DNA from: Candidatus Marinacidobacterales bacterium
GTDB lineage: Bacteria > Acidobacteriota > Vicinamibacteria > Marinacidobacterales > DATDRI01
Direction: 5' to 3'
Assembly (NCBI GenBank): GCA_965226495.1
Contig: OZ245365.1
Span: 2,816,001-2,880,000 of the forward strand
Length of the DNA: 64,000 bases
Part shown: positions 61,725-64,000 of the stretch, piece by piece
Layout: every line of letters begins with the position of its first letter
Numbering within the stretch: position 1 is the stretch's first letter
Program-made: the position numbers and the translations under genes
The notes under the pieces: model-generated
Databases searched by the model: none
Seen by the model: only the letters and a program-made list of their open reading frames with translations
Told to the model about the DNA's origin: nothing

Positions 61725-63101
61725 TCACTTGGCCTCCATCAGTTTCTCGAGGCCCTCGGGCGACCGGGGAAGCAGAGCTGTCAGGACCTCGGCCCCATCA
61801 TCGGTAACTAGCACGACATCTTCGATGAAGACTGCTATCTTCTTATCGTGGTTGTAGTAAATGGGCTCAACCGTAAAAACCATGCCCGGAGCAAGGACCG
61901 CATCCAAGCTAGCGGGGTCCGACGTGTCGAGCCCGATGTGGTGGCCATTGAATGCGGTGGGCTGCATGTATTTCCGCGCTTCGGGGGGCATTTTCTCCCC
62001 TCCGACCCGGGCTAGCTCGCGGTGACTCACACCCGGACGCACGGCGGCAATGATCGCGTCGGAAACAGCCGTGACCATGTCCAGTGTTCGTTTCTGTTCT
62101 TCGGTGAACTTACCGGACACGGGAAACGTCCGCCCCACATCGGTCACGTAATAGTCGAGCTCAGTGCCCACATCGAAGATGACGAGCTCCCCGTCTCGCA
62201 TCGTACGGTTACGACGATCGTAATGTGAGGCCAAAATCCGCCATGGCCACATGGAGTTCGGCCCTGACTTGATGATGGAGGAAAAAGCAACGCGCTGGCC
62301 GCCCCCCCGCTTGAAAGCGCCTTCCAGCACCGCTTCCAAAGTACGCTCGTCTACGCCGTCGCGAACCTCAAGAGCGGCGTCCATGATCGATCGTGCGGTC
62401 AGGGAGCAAGCGCGACGCATGACTTCGATCTCTTCCGGCCCCTTGATCATTCGAAGTTGCGCCATCTCGGCGTACGCAGAACGAATACGGATCCCGGGAT
62501 GGCTTCGCTGCAGATGAAAAATGAGCGACCCCGCATGGTTCGCGTAACTTACGAAGTCCGTTTCGGACGCCGATATCTCTCCGCGGTGCTCTGGGTTGAT
62601 CTTGAAGAGTCTATTAGATTCCGCCCACTCCATCACGAACTGCGCGAGATCTCGATAAGACCGGATCTCGGCCACGCCAGACACGCGGGCAAGTGCGGGG
62701 TCGTCCATCAGAGGACGGCCCGGAAAATCATTCGGGCGCGAGGGTTCGTCGAAGCGCGGATCTCTGGGTGGCACGAAGAGGGTCGTCGTCGCTTTATCTG
62801 CATCGATCGCCAAAACCGAGTCGGGAACCTCGAGACCGGTGAAGTAGAGGAAGTCGTTCGATTGTCGGAACGTCTCACCGTGCGAGCGTGCATGACGACT
62901 GGGTGCGAGGAAGATGCCCCCACCCTCGGCCTTGAGCACGGAGATCAAATTCGTTCGCCGTTGACGGTAGACGTCGGCATCGAATGGGAGCCGCGTCCAA
63001 TCGAAGAACCGCTCCTCGGGTGCGGAGAAGACTGCTAGTGCAATCGCGAGACTAGCAATTGCGATCGCCGTTTTGAGGAGCAGGAGGTTTTTTCGCTTCA
63101 A
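61725..63101 (-). CDS. Xaa-Pro aminopeptidase (M24B) with signal peptide
   Basis: 'FRQSNDFLYFTGLE.P', 'RMIK..EEIE'; metal ligands in 'FDVG', 'TDVGRT', 'GHHIG', 'VEP', 'IED'. Confidence 0.9.
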   Translation of the reverse strand: MKRKNLLLLKTAIAIASLAIALAVFSAPEERFFDWTRLPFDADVYRQRRTNLISVLKAEGGGIFLAPSRHARSHGETFRQSNDFLYFTGLEVPDSVLAIDADKATTTLFVPPRDPRFDEPSRPNDFPGRPLMDDPALARVSGVAEIRSYRDLAQFVMEWAESNRLFKINPEHRGEISASETDFVSYANHAGSLIFHLQRSHPGIRIRSAYAEMAQLRMIKGPEEIEVMRRACSLTARSIMDAALEVRDGVDERTLEAVLEGAFKRGGGQRVAFSSIIKSGPNSMWPWRILASHYDRRNRTMRDGELVIFDVGTELDYYVTDVGRTFPVSGKFTEEQKRTLDMVTAVSDAIIAAVRPGVSHRELARVGGEKMPPEARKYMQPTAFNGHHIGLDTSDPASLDAVLAPGMVFTVEPIYYNHDKKIAVFIEDVVLVTDDGAEVLTALLPRSPEGLEKLMEAK

Positions 63102-63142
63102 GGTGCCATATGGGGATGCCGTTGCTGCAGCCGGCTCGAGGG

Positions 63143-63409
63143 CTACTTCTTCCCACTTAGACTGTGCTGGAGGACCTGCATTGCATTATTGATCCGACCC
63201 ATCTTGCGATTTCGGACCTGGATCGCTTGGGAGTCGTCGGTCGGCGGCTGGCTACCCCGTAGCTCTTGGAGAAGCTTCTGCAGCTCGAACTTGAGCTGCC
63301 CCAACTCCGTGCGATTAAAACGTTTCAAGCTCACCGCATTCATGAGTTGATAGCCTTCGGCGATCTGACTCGCCATGGTGTAAGCACTTCCACCCGCGAA
63401 ATTACCCAT
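63143..63409 (-). CDS. Small helical hypothetical protein (88 aa)
   Basis: ATG start after GAGG; fills the intergenic space; amphipathic helices. Confidence 0.55.
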   Translation of the reverse strand: MGNFAGGSAYTMASQIAEGYQLMNAVSLKRFNRTELGQLKFELQKLLQELRGSQPPTDDSQAIQVRNRKMGRINNAMQVLQHSLSGKK

Positions 63410-63481
63410 TGTGTCGCGCCTCGAGGGACTTTGAACGGCATCGTAGCATCTTTGGTCAAGATTTGCAGTTGTCGATGCCCG

Positions 63482-64000
63482 CTAGCGGTCGACCCGCTCG
63501 AGGGTCACGCTATCCAGGAGCAAGATCTGTTTCGCCTCCTCGAATTGGGGATGGAGCGACAGGGTGTTGATGCCCCGGGGAAACAGTACCGGGGTTGAAA
63601 GCTGGTATTCGGAAAAGTCAGGGGTCGCCAGAAATCGGCCCACTTCGCTTTCGTTGACCGTGACGACCACCTCGACCGGTTGCGGTCGAACCGACAGCGA
63701 GAACGAGATGCGGAGGAGCTCTTCCCTTCCCATCGGAATGAAGACACGTGCCTTGGTCCGTCGCGTTACTCGTACCCAGCGTCCCGATCGAAGCTCCGGA
63801 GAGGCCCACTCCTGACCCATCAGAGCTCCATCCTCCTCTCCCACCTCGATGACCTCGCTCCCAAAGCGGTTGGGGAAGAAAAGGTAACGACCAACGACGG
63901 TGTCGAATTTGGCGGGCGACGCGTCGTGCCGAGAAGCGAACCACCAATTCACCGGCCATGAAAAGGGATAGCCGACCGTTTCGAAGAGAATCTCGGCACT
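63482..64000 (-). CDS. C-terminal part of a probable membrane protein; runs off window end
   Basis: Frame open to the edge; 'VGYPFSWPVNWWFA', 'LMGQEW..PE' and a beta-rich tail. Confidence 0.5.
   Translation of the reverse strand, partial: SAEILFETVGYPFSWPVNWWFASRHDASPAKFDTVVGRYLFFPNRFGSEVIEVGEEDGALMGQEWASPELRSGRWVRVTRRTKARVFIPMGREELLRISFSLSVRPQPVEVVVTVNESEVGRFLATPDFSEYQLSTPVLFPRGINTLSLHPQFEEAKQILLLDSVTLERVDR

Overview
A GC-rich (~60%), densely coding bacterial window. An ADOP-type permease, kinase/wHTH-PD40 proteins, DUF4388 and CHAT-TPR proteins point to Acidobacteriota (inference). It holds many peptidases and amidohydrolases (several with signal peptides), nadE, a hutG-hutH-hutU cluster without hutI, and a translationally coupled kptA/beta-propeller/membrane-phosphatase operon near an ADP-ribosylglycohydrolase. 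A DUF222-like HNH nuclease gene is bracketed by two related ~22-bp palindromes. A sigma54-controlled Cus-type copper efflux locus lacks cusF but carries a NosL-like protein, and shares a repeated 18-bp putative enhancer motif with an orphan promoter region. A ~56-bp boxC-like repeat occurs four times and supplies the stop codon of two genes. About a dozen genes carry collinear internal deletions, frameshifts or duplications, so either the genome is decaying or the assembly is error-prone. No rRNA, tRNA or CRISPR array was seen. All family calls come from motif recognition; no database searches were run.
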